Source: Bacillales bacterium UBA660
Lineage (GTDB): Bacteria > Bacillota_I > Bacilli_A > RF39 > UBA660
Direction of reading: 5' to 3'
Assembly: GCA_002299475.1 (NCBI GenBank)
Contig: DBNY01000020.1
Location: forward strand, 1 to 41,301
Length of the DNA stretch: 41,301 bases
Positions 10,645-19,904 of this stretch are shown here, one piece after another. The notes under the pieces were generated by a model, which made no database searches, had not been told where the DNA came from, and saw only the letters and a list, made by a program, of their open reading frames with translations. The translations under genes were made by a program, and so were the position numbers. How positions within the stretch are numbered: position 1 is the first letter of the stretch; every line of letters begins with the position of its first letter.

Positions 10645-10652
10645 ATACATAC

Positions 10653-10683
10653 AAAAAATAAGAAACTTTATTTCTTATTTTTT
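10653..10683. terminator. Bidirectional A/T-rich hairpin terminator between the convergent lipoprotein gene and whiA
   Basis: AAAAAATAAGAAA-CTTTA-TTTCTTATTTTTT forms a 13-bp stem (one G-C pair) flanked by A and T runs. The whiA stop codon (10668-10670) lies in the loop. Confidence 0.55.
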
Positions 10684-11600
10684 TCTATTTTCGCCGCTAT
10701 TTTCATAATCTTTTTCAATCTATGATATAACCCAGATTTTGTTATCTTTTTATTGGTTTCAATCGAAATAATTTCACTTAATTCTATTAAGGAAGCCTCT
10801 GGATATTTTAGGCGATATTCGCAGGCTTCTTTTAGTTTATCATCTAATACTTCCAACCCAAGCATTTCTTTTAGTTTAATAATATCATTAATCTGTTTAT
10901 CGGCAGAAAGAATTGACTTATCTATATTAGCTTGCTCACAATTATTAAGACGATTAGTCATGTTTTTATGATCGCGATAAATTCTAATATCCTCAAAATA
11001 TAATACCGCTTGGTAAGCGTTAATTAGTCTTAAAAAATCACTTATTTTTTCTGCTTCTTTTATATATACCATGTAGCCTTTATTACGTCTAAAAATTTTG
11101 CTATTAAGATTATATTCATTTAATAAATTGTCTAAAAAGACAGCCTGTTCTTTACTATTTAAAAAAAATTCTAGATGATATCTCGCCGTTTTAGGATCAT
11201 TAACACTTCCTGTCGAAAGAAACGTTCCTCTTAGGTAGGCTCTTTTTTCTTCCTCATCACTAATTATATAATCCTTAGGAATAAGTAAATAATTATCATA
11301 ATTATCTATAATAGATAAATCTTTCAAAATAAAATCATATTTTTCCTTTATAGAGAGAATATAAATATTATGTTTCTTAAAATTGGCTTTTCTAACTGTT
11401 ATGATGCACGTGATACCGTATAAATCTTTGATTAATTTAAAAATTCTTCTTGCAACTGAAGCATTTTCAGTAGTTATTTTCAATATATTATTATCAATTT
11501 TACTATTATTTCCAATAAAAGCCGAAAGTTCTGCAATATTACCTGACTTGTTATTATTGACTTTAGTTATTTCACTCTTAATTAAAGTAGAAAAAGACAT
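10668..11600 (-). CDS. whiA: DNA-binding protein WhiA
   Basis: 310 aa with a degenerate LAGLIDADG-like core (YLRGTFLSTGSV) and a C-terminal HTH (ITKSGLYHRLKKI). It lies immediately downstream of yvcK, as in other Bacillota. Confidence 0.9.
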   Translation of the reverse strand: MSFSTLIKSEITKVNNNKSGNIAELSAFIGNNSKIDNNILKITTENASVARRIFKLIKDLYGITCIITVRKANFKKHNIYILSIKEKYDFILKDLSIIDNYDNYLLIPKDYIISDEEEKRAYLRGTFLSTGSVNDPKTARYHLEFFLNSKEQAVFLDNLLNEYNLNSKIFRRNKGYMVYIKEAEKISDFLRLINAYQAVLYFEDIRIYRDHKNMTNRLNNCEQANIDKSILSADKQINDIIKLKEMLGLEVLDDKLKEACEYRLKYPEASLIELSEIISIETNKKITKSGLYHRLKKIMKIAAKIEKNKK

Positions 11601-11603
11601 ATA

Positions 11604-12557
11604 TTAATCCTCCTCCTGCTCTATTAAATAAGCAAATATTAAAAAGGCAGTTCGCATTGGATCGTGTCTGACCATTTTATGGGCATTAATTGAAACTAAA
11701 TTATCTTTAACTAGTTTTATACTAATTTTTTCTTCATCAATTAGTACCTGCTCACTTTTTTCTAATTCTTTATATCTTTCTAAAATTTCTTTATCAATAT
11801 TTTTACTATTAGCAATTACTACATCTAAAAATTCTTGCCCTATATAATTATTTAGTACACCAATATAATCACTAACCTTAAAATTATCCGTTTCACCATG
11901 CTCGGTCATTATATTGCAAACATACATTTTTTTTGCTCTTGTTTTAATAATTGCTTCTTTTATTTCATCACACAAAATATTTGGAATAATACTCGTATAT
12001 AAGCTGCCCATTCCAAATATAATCAAATCAGCATCATGAATGACCTTTATTACCTCAGGAACAACTTTTGGTCTTTCTTTATAGTATATTTCTTCTATTT
12101 TTTTCCCTGCTTTAGTAATGTGAGATTCTCCCTCAATGATATTACCATCACTAGTTTTGGCTATCAATGTAACACAATCTTCAGTGAGCGGAAGTACTTT
12201 TCCTTTTATATTTAAAACTTTACTCAGCGAACTAATAGCATCTACTAAATTTCCATTAATATCAAACATTGCAGTTAATAATAAATTGCCTATAGGATGT
12301 CCATTTAAGTCACTAGTCGTGTTGAAGCGATATTGTAATAATTCATTTAAAATAGGTTCTGCTTGCGATAAAGATATCATTACATTTCTTAAATCGCCAA
12401 TAGCTGGCATATTAAATTCTTTTCTAAGTCTTCCGGTTGAATTATCATCATCTGATACAGCCACTATTGCTGTTATATCTAAAGGAAATTCTTTTAATCC
12501 TTTTAATATAACAGATAAGCCAGTCCCACCACCTAATATCACTATTTTCTTATTCAT
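11604..12557 (-). CDS. yvcK: YvcK/CofD-family gluconeogenesis / cell-shape factor
   Basis: 317 aa with N-terminal ILGGGTGLS and the conserved yvcK-whiA pairing. Confidence 0.88.
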   Translation of the reverse strand: MNKKIVILGGGTGLSVILKGLKEFPLDITAIVAVSDDDNSTGRLRKEFNMPAIGDLRNVMISLSQAEPILNELLQYRFNTTSDLNGHPIGNLLLTAMFDINGNLVDAISSLSKVLNIKGKVLPLTEDCVTLIAKTSDGNIIEGESHITKAGKKIEEIYYKERPKVVPEVIKVIHDADLIIFGMGSLYTSIIPNILCDEIKEAIIKTRAKKMYVCNIMTEHGETDNFKVSDYIGVLNNYIGQEFLDVVIANSKNIDKEILERYKELEKSEQVLIDEEKISIKLVKDNLVSINAHKMVRHDPMRTAFLIFAYLIEQEED

Positions 12558-12612
12558 ATGACCACCACTAACTATATTATTCGATATATGGAAATAAAAA
12601 ACTAAAGGCCTT

Positions 12613-13530
12613 TTATTTTGATAGATCTTTTATGGCCGACATTGCAGCCTTAGCGCCTTCTGATGTTGCTGTTACAATTTGATATAATTCTTTTTTAATT
12701 ACATCACCACAGGCATATATATGATTAACCGCCGTTCTTTGATTATCGTCAACAATAATATAACCATATGCATCAGTAATATTTAATCCTTTGGTAAAGG
12801 TAGTTATTGGTTCATAACCTATATAAATAAAAACGCCCGAACACTTTATGTGTTCTTCTTCTTTGGTTATATTATTTATTACTGTAACACTCTCTAATTT
12901 GTTATTTTGTTCATTATATTTTATAAGTTCTGTATTAAATTTTGTTATAATTTTACTATGACTTAATACTTTATCTTGCGCTACTTTATCGCCTGTAAAT
13001 TTATTTGAACGGTGAATAAGTGTTATTTTGTTACAAAATTCAGCTAAGTATACACTTTCTTCTAATGCACTATTTCCTCCGCCTACTACAACTACATCTT
13101 TGTTTCGGTAAAATGGCCCATCGCATATAGCACACCAACTAATTCCACTGCCTGAAAGTCTTTCTTCATTTTCAATACCCAAGCGTTTTGGCTTTCTTCC
13201 TGTCGCTATAATAATAGCTCTGCTTCTTAATTCTTCAACATCGGTTTTAACAATGCAAATATCATCTTCTTTTTTAATTTCTAAAACCTCACCATAGCGA
13301 TATTCAATACCCAAATTCTGCGTTTGTTGAAACATCCTAATAGCTAATTCTGGCCCATCAATCATTTCAGCGCCGGGATAATTTTCTACTTTAGCCGTCT
13401 TATTAATCTGTCCTCCTGGCGCGCTAGACTCTAACATAACAACCTTAATATTAGATCTTTGTAAATATATTGCTGCGCTCATACCAGCTGAACCAGCTCC
13501 GATTACAATAACATCAAAATTTAATTTCAT
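12613..13530 (-). CDS. trxB: Thioredoxin-disulfide reductase
   Basis: GAGSAGMSAA (FAD), redox CAICDG and GGGNSALEE (NADPH). The ORF track starts at 13548. ATG 13530 (MKLNFDVIVIG) has AAAGGGAAAG upstream. Either start overlaps the lgt 3' end. Confidence 0.93.
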   Translation of the reverse strand: MKLNFDVIVIGAGSAGMSAAIYLQRSNIKVVMLESSAPGGQINKTAKVENYPGAEMIDGPELAIRMFQQTQNLGIEYRYGEVLEIKKEDDICIVKTDVEELRSRAIIIATGRKPKRLGIENEERLSGSGISWCAICDGPFYRNKDVVVVGGGNSALEESVYLAEFCNKITLIHRSNKFTGDKVAQDKVLSHSKIITKFNTELIKYNEQNNKLESVTVINNITKEEEHIKCSGVFIYIGYEPITTFTKGLNITDAYGYIIVDDNQRTAVNHIYACGDVIKKELYQIVTATSEGAKAAMSAIKDLSK

Positions 13531-14329
13531 CTTTACTTTCCCTTTCATGATATAAATTAGTTAATCTTGAACCTTTTTTCCCTAAAATGAAGATTATTAA
13601 ACCTACCATAAAAAGAATTACTGACATAATTTGAGCAACTCTAAAATCACCGATCATTAAGCTGTCTGTTCTAAATATTTCTATAAAGAAACGGCCAATA
13701 GAATACCACATTAAATATATAGCGGTTAACTGACCTATTTTTAAATATTTATTTCTTCTGTACAATATTAAAAATATAAATCCGGCAACTGTCCATATTG
13801 ATTCATAAAGAAAAGTTGGATGATAATATTTACCATAAATATTCATGCCTTCAATTATAAAGTTAGGAATGTATAATCTTTCCAAAAAATTTCTAGACAC
13901 TTCATAACCATGTGCCTCTTGATTAAAAAAATTTCCCCATCTTCCAATAGCTTGTCCTAAAAGCAAATTAACTCCAACTATATCCAACATCTTTAAAGCA
14001 TTTAGTTTATATCTGGTTGTGTAAATAATTATCCATAAAGCTCCTACAATAATAGCGCCATGGATAGCAAGGCCGCCTTCCCATATTTTTACAATATCAA
14101 TAATATTATTTTTATAATATGGTAAGTTAAATAATACGTAATAAATTCTTGCACCAACTACAGCAAGAATTACACCCCAAAATAGCATGTTAACAACAAA
14201 ATCATCCAAAATATTATGTTTATAACTTTCTTTAATAATAAGCGTTCCACTAATAAAAATGGCTGTAAATATTATAATAGAATACCAGTATATTTGGATA
14301 AACCCTAAATCTAATGCAATTGAATTCAT
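13514..14329 (-). CDS. lgt: Prolipoprotein diacylglyceryl transferase
   Basis: 271 aa, polytopic, with the Lgt signature GRWGNFFNQEAHG. Confidence 0.92.
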   Translation of the reverse strand: MNSIALDLGFIQIYWYSIIIFTAIFISGTLIIKESYKHNILDDFVVNMLFWGVILAVVGARIYYVLFNLPYYKNNIIDIVKIWEGGLAIHGAIIVGALWIIIYTTRYKLNALKMLDIVGVNLLLGQAIGRWGNFFNQEAHGYEVSRNFLERLYIPNFIIEGMNIYGKYYHPTFLYESIWTVAGFIFLILYRRNKYLKIGQLTAIYLMWYSIGRFFIEIFRTDSLMIGDFRVAQIMSVILFMVGLIIFILGKKGSRLTNLYHERESKDEIKF

Positions 14330-14760
14330 AATATTTCCCCTTTCTTAAGTAATGGTTTTATAATCAAAGAATCCATTAAAATATTCATTATTGATATTAA
14401 AAGCGCTATAAAAAATGCAATCCATATTCCTCTTAATTCAAAATTATTACCTAATAGAAAATCAACAATTTTTAATATAAAAACATTAATAAATGGATAG
14501 AAAAGGCCTAATGTAATTCCTGTGATAGGAAGTGTTAGTAGCACTATAACTGGTTTTATAGTAGCGTTTAATATTGATATCATAATAGTCGCAATTAAGC
14601 CATATAAACCAAAATAAGTATTACTAATATATAATGATTCAAATAATAAAGATACCGATATTAATACAATAGTATGACCAAATAAATACATTAACCATTG
14701 AATAAAATTATCTGCTCTTACTTTATTGCTATTAATAAAAAAAACTTTCAAATTAATCAC
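14326..14760 (-). CDS. Four-TM membrane protein, YvlD / phage-holin-family-4-like
   Basis: 144 aa with a GTG start, four hydrophobic helices and a stop/start ATGA overlap with lgt. The family call comes from size, topology and the uvrA/lgt neighbourhood seen for yvlD in Bacillus. Confidence 0.5.
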   Translation of the reverse strand: MINLKVFFINSNKVRADNFIQWLMYLFGHTIVLISVSLLFESLYISNTYFGLYGLIATIMISILNATIKPVIVLLTLPITGITLGLFYPFINVFILKIVDFLLGNNFELRGIWIAFFIALLISIMNILMDSLIIKPLLKKGEIL

Positions 14761-14767
14761 CTCACAA

Positions 14768-17578
14768 TTATAAAAAATTACTTAAAAACTGTCCAGTGTA
14801 TGATTCATTAACTTTGATAATCTCCTCAGGCGTTCCACAAGCAACCAAATTGCCTCCTAAATCTCCGCCCTCAGGACCTAAATCAATAATGTGATCGCTA
14901 ACTTTAATTACATCTAAATTGTGCTCAATTACTATTACTGTATCCTTATTATCTACTATTTTATTTAAAATTGCAAGCAATCTTTTAATATCATCAGTAT
15001 GCAATCCAGTAGTTGGTTCATCTAATATAAATAAGCTTCTTCCTGTAGGTCTCTTTTGTAATTCTTTCGCCAATTTCACCCGCCCTGCTTCTCCGCCAGA
15101 TAATGTTGGAGCACTTTGGCCACACTTAATATATCCTAAACCTACTTCATGTAATATATCTAATTTTCGCTTTATTGACGGAATATTATTAAAGAACGCA
15201 ATTGCTTCATCTATTCTCATATTTAAAATATCATTAATATTCTTTTCTTTATATTTTATTTCTAACGTTTCTTTATTATATCTAGTTCCATGACAAATTT
15301 CACATGTGACATAAACATCTGGTAGGAAATGCATTTCTATTTTCTTTACTCCATCCCCATTACAAGCTTCACATCTTCCCCCTTTGACATTAAAAGAAAA
15401 CCTTCCTTTATCATATCCTCTAATTTTAGCCTCTTTAGTCGATGCAAAAACAGTTCTAATATCATCAAAAACGCCAGTATAAGTAGCTGGATTACTTCTT
15501 GGAGTTCTTCCAATTGGTTCTTGTGTAATATTAATTACTTTATCAATTTTTTCTAAACCATTAATTTTTTCGTGTTTTCCACATTTTTCTTTATTCAGAT
15601 ATAGTTGATTGGCAAGACCTTTATATAAAATCTCATTAACAAGTGTACTTTTACCACTGCCTGACACACCTGTCACACAAATAAATTTACCTAAAGGGAA
15701 TACCACATTTATCTTCTTAAGATTGTTTTCACAGGCTCCTAATACCTCAATTGCTTCCCCAGTACCCTTTCTTCTTTGAGTAGGCACTTCTATTTTTAAA
15801 GCTCCACTTAAATATTGGCCGGTAATACTATTTTTATTTAACATCACTTCATCAGGCGTCCCAGAAGCCATTACATACCCTCCATTGTCTCCAGCCCCTG
15901 GACCTATATCAATTAAATAATCAGATGATAGCATTGTTTCAGTATCGTGCTCAACAACAATTAAAGTATTACCAAGATCTCGCATATCAAGTAAAGTTTT
16001 AATCAGTTTTTGATTATCTTTTTGGTGCAATCCAATACTTGGCTCATCTAGAACATACAAAACTCCCGTTAATCTAGAACCAATTTGAGTTGCTAATCTT
16101 ATGCGTTGCGATTCTCCTCCAGATAAGGAACCCGAAGTTCTATCTAACGTTAAGTATTCTAGACCAACATTAATTAAAAACATTAATCTTTCCTTTATTT
16201 CCTTTATTATTAATCGAGATATTTCTTCTTGCTCCTTGGTTAAAATCATGCTACTGAAAAAAGCAACCAATTTCCTAATATTTAATTTAGTAGTATCATT
16301 AATATTTTGATTATTTATTAGTACCGATAATACACTATTGGCAAGTCTTGCTCCATTACAAGCAGGGCATACTCCTTCTGTCATATATTGTTCAATCCAA
16401 TCACGAATATATTCACTATTTGTTTCTAAATATCTTCTTTCCAAATTTTTAATTATTCCCTCGTAATAATCGTTACTATTAAAAATATTCCCGCTCTTTG
16501 ATTCAAAATTAAACTTTATTTTATCTTTACTACCATATAAAATGATATCTAATTCCTTACTAGATAATTCTTTTATTTTTTTATTCATACTTATATTATA
16601 ATGCTTACAACAGGCCTCTAATCGCTGATAATAAATACTTAATGTCTCGCTACTATTAAATGGTACTATTGCACCATTATTAATGCTCAAACTTTTATTG
16701 GGTATGATTAAATCTTTATCTATTTCCATTTTGAAACCTAAACCCTTACAAGTATTACAGGCTCCATATGGCGAATTAAATGAAAACATTCTAGGTTCTA
16801 ATTCTGGTAAAGAAAAGTCACAATGAGGACATGCAAATTTTTCGGAAAACAATATTTCTTTCTCTTCTCCAATATCAACTAATACTTTGCCTTTCGATAA
16901 CTTAACAGCGCTTTCAATTGCTTCATAGAGCCTTGATCTAATGCCTTCTTTTAAAATAATTCTATCAATTACAACTTCAATATTGCCTTTCTTATTTTTT
17001 TCTAAATTTATTTCTTCACTTAAATCATATAATTCTTTATTTATACGGACTCTAATGAACCCTTCTTTACGTAAATTTTCTAATAAATCCTTATGTGTCC
17101 CTTTTCCGCCAGTTACTACTGGTGAATAAATAATTATTTTTTTCCCAAATTCATTCTCTAATATTTTATTAACTATTTCTTCAATACTTTGACTTGAAAT
17201 AGGTATTTTATGAATAGGGCAGTATGGAATACCGATACGAGCATAAAGCAATCTTAAATAATCGTATATTTCAGTAACTGTTCCAACTGTTGATCTAGGG
17301 TTTTTACTAGTAGTTTTTTGATCTATACTAATAGCAGGGCTTAACCCCTCAATACTATCAACATTTGGTTTTTCCATTCCACCTAAAAATTGTCTAGCAT
17401 AGGCACTTAAAGACTCAACGTACCTTCTTTGACCTTCTGCATAAATAGTATCAAAAGCAAGACTACTTTTACCACTACCAGAAATCCCTGTCATAACAAC
17501 TAATTTATTCTTAGGGATTTCAATATAAATATTCTTTAAATTATTTTCCCTAGCACCATTTACAATAATTTTATCCAT
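14768..17578 (-). CDS. uvrA: Excinuclease ABC subunit A
   Basis: Two ABC modules (GISGSGKSS and GVSGSGKST; LSGGESQR and LSGGEAGR) plus zinc modules (CPHCDF, CEACNGDG). I prefer the start ATG 17578 (MDKIIVNGARENNLKN). Confidence 0.97.
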   Translation of the reverse strand: MDKIIVNGARENNLKNIYIEIPKNKLVVMTGISGSGKSSLAFDTIYAEGQRRYVESLSAYARQFLGGMEKPNVDSIEGLSPAISIDQKTTSKNPRSTVGTVTEIYDYLRLLYARIGIPYCPIHKIPISSQSIEEIVNKILENEFGKKIIIYSPVVTGGKGTHKDLLENLRKEGFIRVRINKELYDLSEEINLEKNKKGNIEVVIDRIILKEGIRSRLYEAIESAVKLSKGKVLVDIGEEKEILFSEKFACPHCDFSLPELEPRMFSFNSPYGACNTCKGLGFKMEIDKDLIIPNKSLSINNGAIVPFNSSETLSIYYQRLEACCKHYNISMNKKIKELSSKELDIILYGSKDKIKFNFESKSGNIFNSNDYYEGIIKNLERRYLETNSEYIRDWIEQYMTEGVCPACNGARLANSVLSVLINNQNINDTTKLNIRKLVAFFSSMILTKEQEEISRLIIKEIKERLMFLINVGLEYLTLDRTSGSLSGGESQRIRLATQIGSRLTGVLYVLDEPSIGLHQKDNQKLIKTLLDMRDLGNTLIVVEHDTETMLSSDYLIDIGPGAGDNGGYVMASGTPDEVMLNKNSITGQYLSGALKIEVPTQRRKGTGEAIEVLGACENNLKKINVVFPLGKFICVTGVSGSGKSTLVNEILYKGLANQLYLNKEKCGKHEKINGLEKIDKVINITQEPIGRTPRSNPATYTGVFDDIRTVFASTKEAKIRGYDKGRFSFNVKGGRCEACNGDGVKKIEMHFLPDVYVTCEICHGTRYNKETLEIKYKEKNINDILNMRIDEAIAFFNNIPSIKRKLDILHEVGLGYIKCGQSAPTLSGGEAGRVKLAKELQKRPTGRSLFILDEPTTGLHTDDIKRLLAILNKIVDNKDTVIVIEHNLDVIKVSDHIIDLGPEGGDLGGNLVACGTPEEIIKVNESYTGQFLSNFL

Positions 17579-17830
17579 TATTACCACTTCTTTCGTTTTA
17601 ATATTATATCATACTGACTACGTAAATAAATTTCAATAAAATAAGCTATTAGATCGTGTAAAATAGTTTTGGGATTACATAAAAAAAGAAGAGCCTTCTG
17701 TTGAAATATAATTATAAACTAAAATATTTAAGGAAATCCTCCCAAGAAAATCATATCAAATAATTATAATCTTGTGTAAAAAAAATTAATATTTAAATTA
17801 TTAAGCGATAATTTAAGTTAATTGAAAAGT

Positions 17831-17854
17831 AAGTTCCACCATAGAATGGAACTT
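17831..17854 (-). terminator. Hairpin after the 76-aa ORF
   Basis: The minus strand reads AAGTTCCA-TTCTATGG-TGGAACTT followed by ACTTTTC, starting 5 nt after the stop. Confidence 0.45.
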
Positions 17855-17858
17855 AACT

Positions 17859-18089
17859 TTACAAAATGAAAATTATTTTTTCAAGTGAGCATCTTTTTTT
17901 CTTTCTAAATGAATCAAAATCAAAGTTGTATATATCCTTAATTTTTAAAGTAGGATATTCAATATTTTCTTCGTCAACATCTAATTTATAATCATAAATC
18001 ATCGGTAATTTACTTCTAATCGGATTCATTCTTTTCATTAAAAACAGTCCGTCACCAAACTCAAATTTTATAAGCTCATAGCTAGTCAT
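17859..18089 (-). CDS. Orphan 76-aa hypothetical protein (possibly a gene remnant)
   Basis: An ORF with a weak SD (GGTAGGAAA) and no motif I recognise. It lies in an 886-bp otherwise non-coding stretch. The lysine-rich, hydrophobic C-terminal tail looks like read-out into non-coding DNA. Confidence 0.35.
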   Translation of the reverse strand: MTSYELIKFEFGDGLFLMKRMNPIRSKLPMIYDYKLDVDEENIEYPTLKIKDIYNFDFDSFRKKKRCSLEKIIFIL

Positions 18090-18473
18090 TAATTTCCTAC
18101 CGGTTAGCTTCTATCAGAAGAAATATTAAAATCAGAATTGCCTTTTTAAGTAGATAGTAAACTTCTAGGTGTTTCACTTGTATATTTATTTAAATATTTT
18201 CTGAGCGTTATTATTGTGCGCATTTAATAAATACAAACAGTTATTACAATTTGATTTGATTGTGCCCACTTGTTCTCGATACCTTTCTTTTAATTGATTA
18301 AAATATTGTTCCTCATTTATTAAATAAAAAAATTAATAAAACTAGTCGTGATAAAAGTTATAGATGATTATAACTTTTTTGTTAATTCAAATATACAAAC
18401 TAAATAATATTTTTTTATTTAAAGAAAGTGTTGTTTTTCTAATACATTTTCCTATGAACTACAATTCTAGTTC

Positions 18474-18908
18474 TTAATTTTCAACTATTTCTATTAAAGC
18501 ATTATAATCTTCTACTAATGTTATAGAATACTCCTTTATATTTATAAGTCCGATATTTTCGCTCTTCCACACATAAATTGTGGATATTAATTTATCATCA
18601 ATATCATACATGGTAAACTTCCAAGTATATCCTTCTGACGTTACTATTCCAGTTGTTTCGGTTGTACGAGAAAAAATGTTTATTATCTTTTCAATTTCAT
18701 TTTCATCACTGATTGTTCTCTTAATGCTATTAGTTATATAATCTTCAATAATTATCTTTCTCGTTGCAAATAGTTGTTCAATTATTTCTTCGCTAATTGG
18801 AATCAACTCTGCACCTCCATTTTTATTTTTATTTTCTGAATTAATTTTGCATCCACCCAATATAAAAAATACTCCTAAAAGCAAAATTAAGATTAATGTT
18901 TTTTTCAC
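18474..18908 (-). CDS. Lipoprotein, unknown function
   Basis: Signal peptide with lipobox ILGGC. The ORF track starts at TTG 18917, directly abutting the SD. GTG 18908 is 9 nt after AAGGAG and gives MKKTLILILLLGVFFILGGC. Confidence 0.6.
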   Translation of the reverse strand: MKKTLILILLLGVFFILGGCKINSENKNKNGGAELIPISEEIIEQLFATRKIIIEDYITNSIKRTISDENEIEKIINIFSRTTETTGIVTSEGYTWKFTMYDIDDKLISTIYVWKSENIGLINIKEYSITLVEDYNALIEIVEN

Positions 18909-18964
18909 AGAGCTCAACTCCTTCTATATATTGTAGCATTAATTTTATATTATATACAAATCTG

Positions 18965-18991
18965 ACAAAAAACTAGGAGGGCATTCTAGTT
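18965..18991 (-). terminator. Intrinsic terminator after the radical-SAM gene
   Basis: The minus strand reads AACTAG-AATGCCCTC-CTAGTT followed by TTTTG. Confidence 0.5.
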
Positions 18992-19038
18992 GTAGAGATA
19001 TAATACATATGTCACACAATTAGATAATTAAACAGCTA

Positions 19039-19902
19039 TTAACCTTTATTAAAACGATTTTTATAGCTACACTTTTGACATAATTCTTCCACAACTTTAT
19101 TATTTAAAAACGCCTTAATTATCCTTTTAGTTTTTTCTTTAGCAAGTATGCTTTCAAAACTATCTTCGAATATATTTCCTAATTTTATAATTCCCTCACC
19201 ATCAAGGCAACAAGGTACAACCGTTCCATCTACCAATATAGCAATTTGATCTTTTAAGCCATAGCAAAAACCTTTATCACTAATAAATTCACTAGATAAA
19301 GTAGGCCAGCTAAATTGCATATCTTTATTTATATATAAATTACTACAAATTTTAATACTTTTTTCATCAGTTAATTTTTTAGATATTGAATCGTCTAGGC
19401 AAAAGTAATTACCAATAATATTGAATATTTTAGCATTTATATTGTTTTCATTATTTATATTCCAAAAGCGATATGAAATAATAATATTGTTTTTTAGCGC
19501 TTCTTTAGTAAATTCTAAAATATCCTTCATATCGTTTTCAATACCTTCTTTATTAGTTAAACTATGCATCGATATACTTATTTGTCTTACTGCCTTACTA
19601 TTTAATAATATTTCTTTTTTATTATTTAACAGTGTTCCATTCGTTACAATGTTAACTTTTATATTATTATTTTCACATAGTAACAAAATTTTATCTAATT
19701 CTTGGTGCAATAATGGTTCTCCTTTAACATGAATATAAATATAATCCGTATAAGGTTTTATTTCGTTTATTATATGAATAAGTTGACTATAGCTCATACT
19801 CTGTTTGTCTCTTTTAGAAATTAAACAAAAATTACATGATAAATTACAAATATTAGTTATTTCAATATATATTTTCTTAAATCTCTTCATATTAACCTGC
19901 AT
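19039..19902 (-). CDS. Radical SAM enzyme with a C-terminal SPASM/twitch-like Cys cluster
   Basis: CNLSCNFC (CX3CX2C) lies near the N-terminus. The C-terminal region has CYGLKDQIAILVDGTVVPCC (CX12GX4C) plus CQKC. The start is 2 nt after the uvrB stop (19905-19907). Confidence 0.8.
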   Translation of the reverse strand: MQVNMKRFKKIYIEITNICNLSCNFCLISKRDKQSMSYSQLIHIINEIKPYTDYIYIHVKGEPLLHQELDKILLLCENNNIKVNIVTNGTLLNNKKEILLNSKAVRQISISMHSLTNKEGIENDMKDILEFTKEALKNNIIISYRFWNINNENNINAKIFNIIGNYFCLDDSISKKLTDEKSIKICSNLYINKDMQFSWPTLSSEFISDKGFCYGLKDQIAILVDGTVVPCCLDGEGIIKLGNIFEDSFESILAKEKTKRIIKAFLNNKVVEELCQKCSYKNRFNKG

Positions 19903-19904
19903 CT

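Noticed and set aside
18097-18177. A 26-aa hydrophobic GTG ORF as a possible type I toxin.
   Set aside because: It has no SD, no recognisable antisense RNA promoter, and sits in decayed sequence. I kept it only as a note within the spacer finding.
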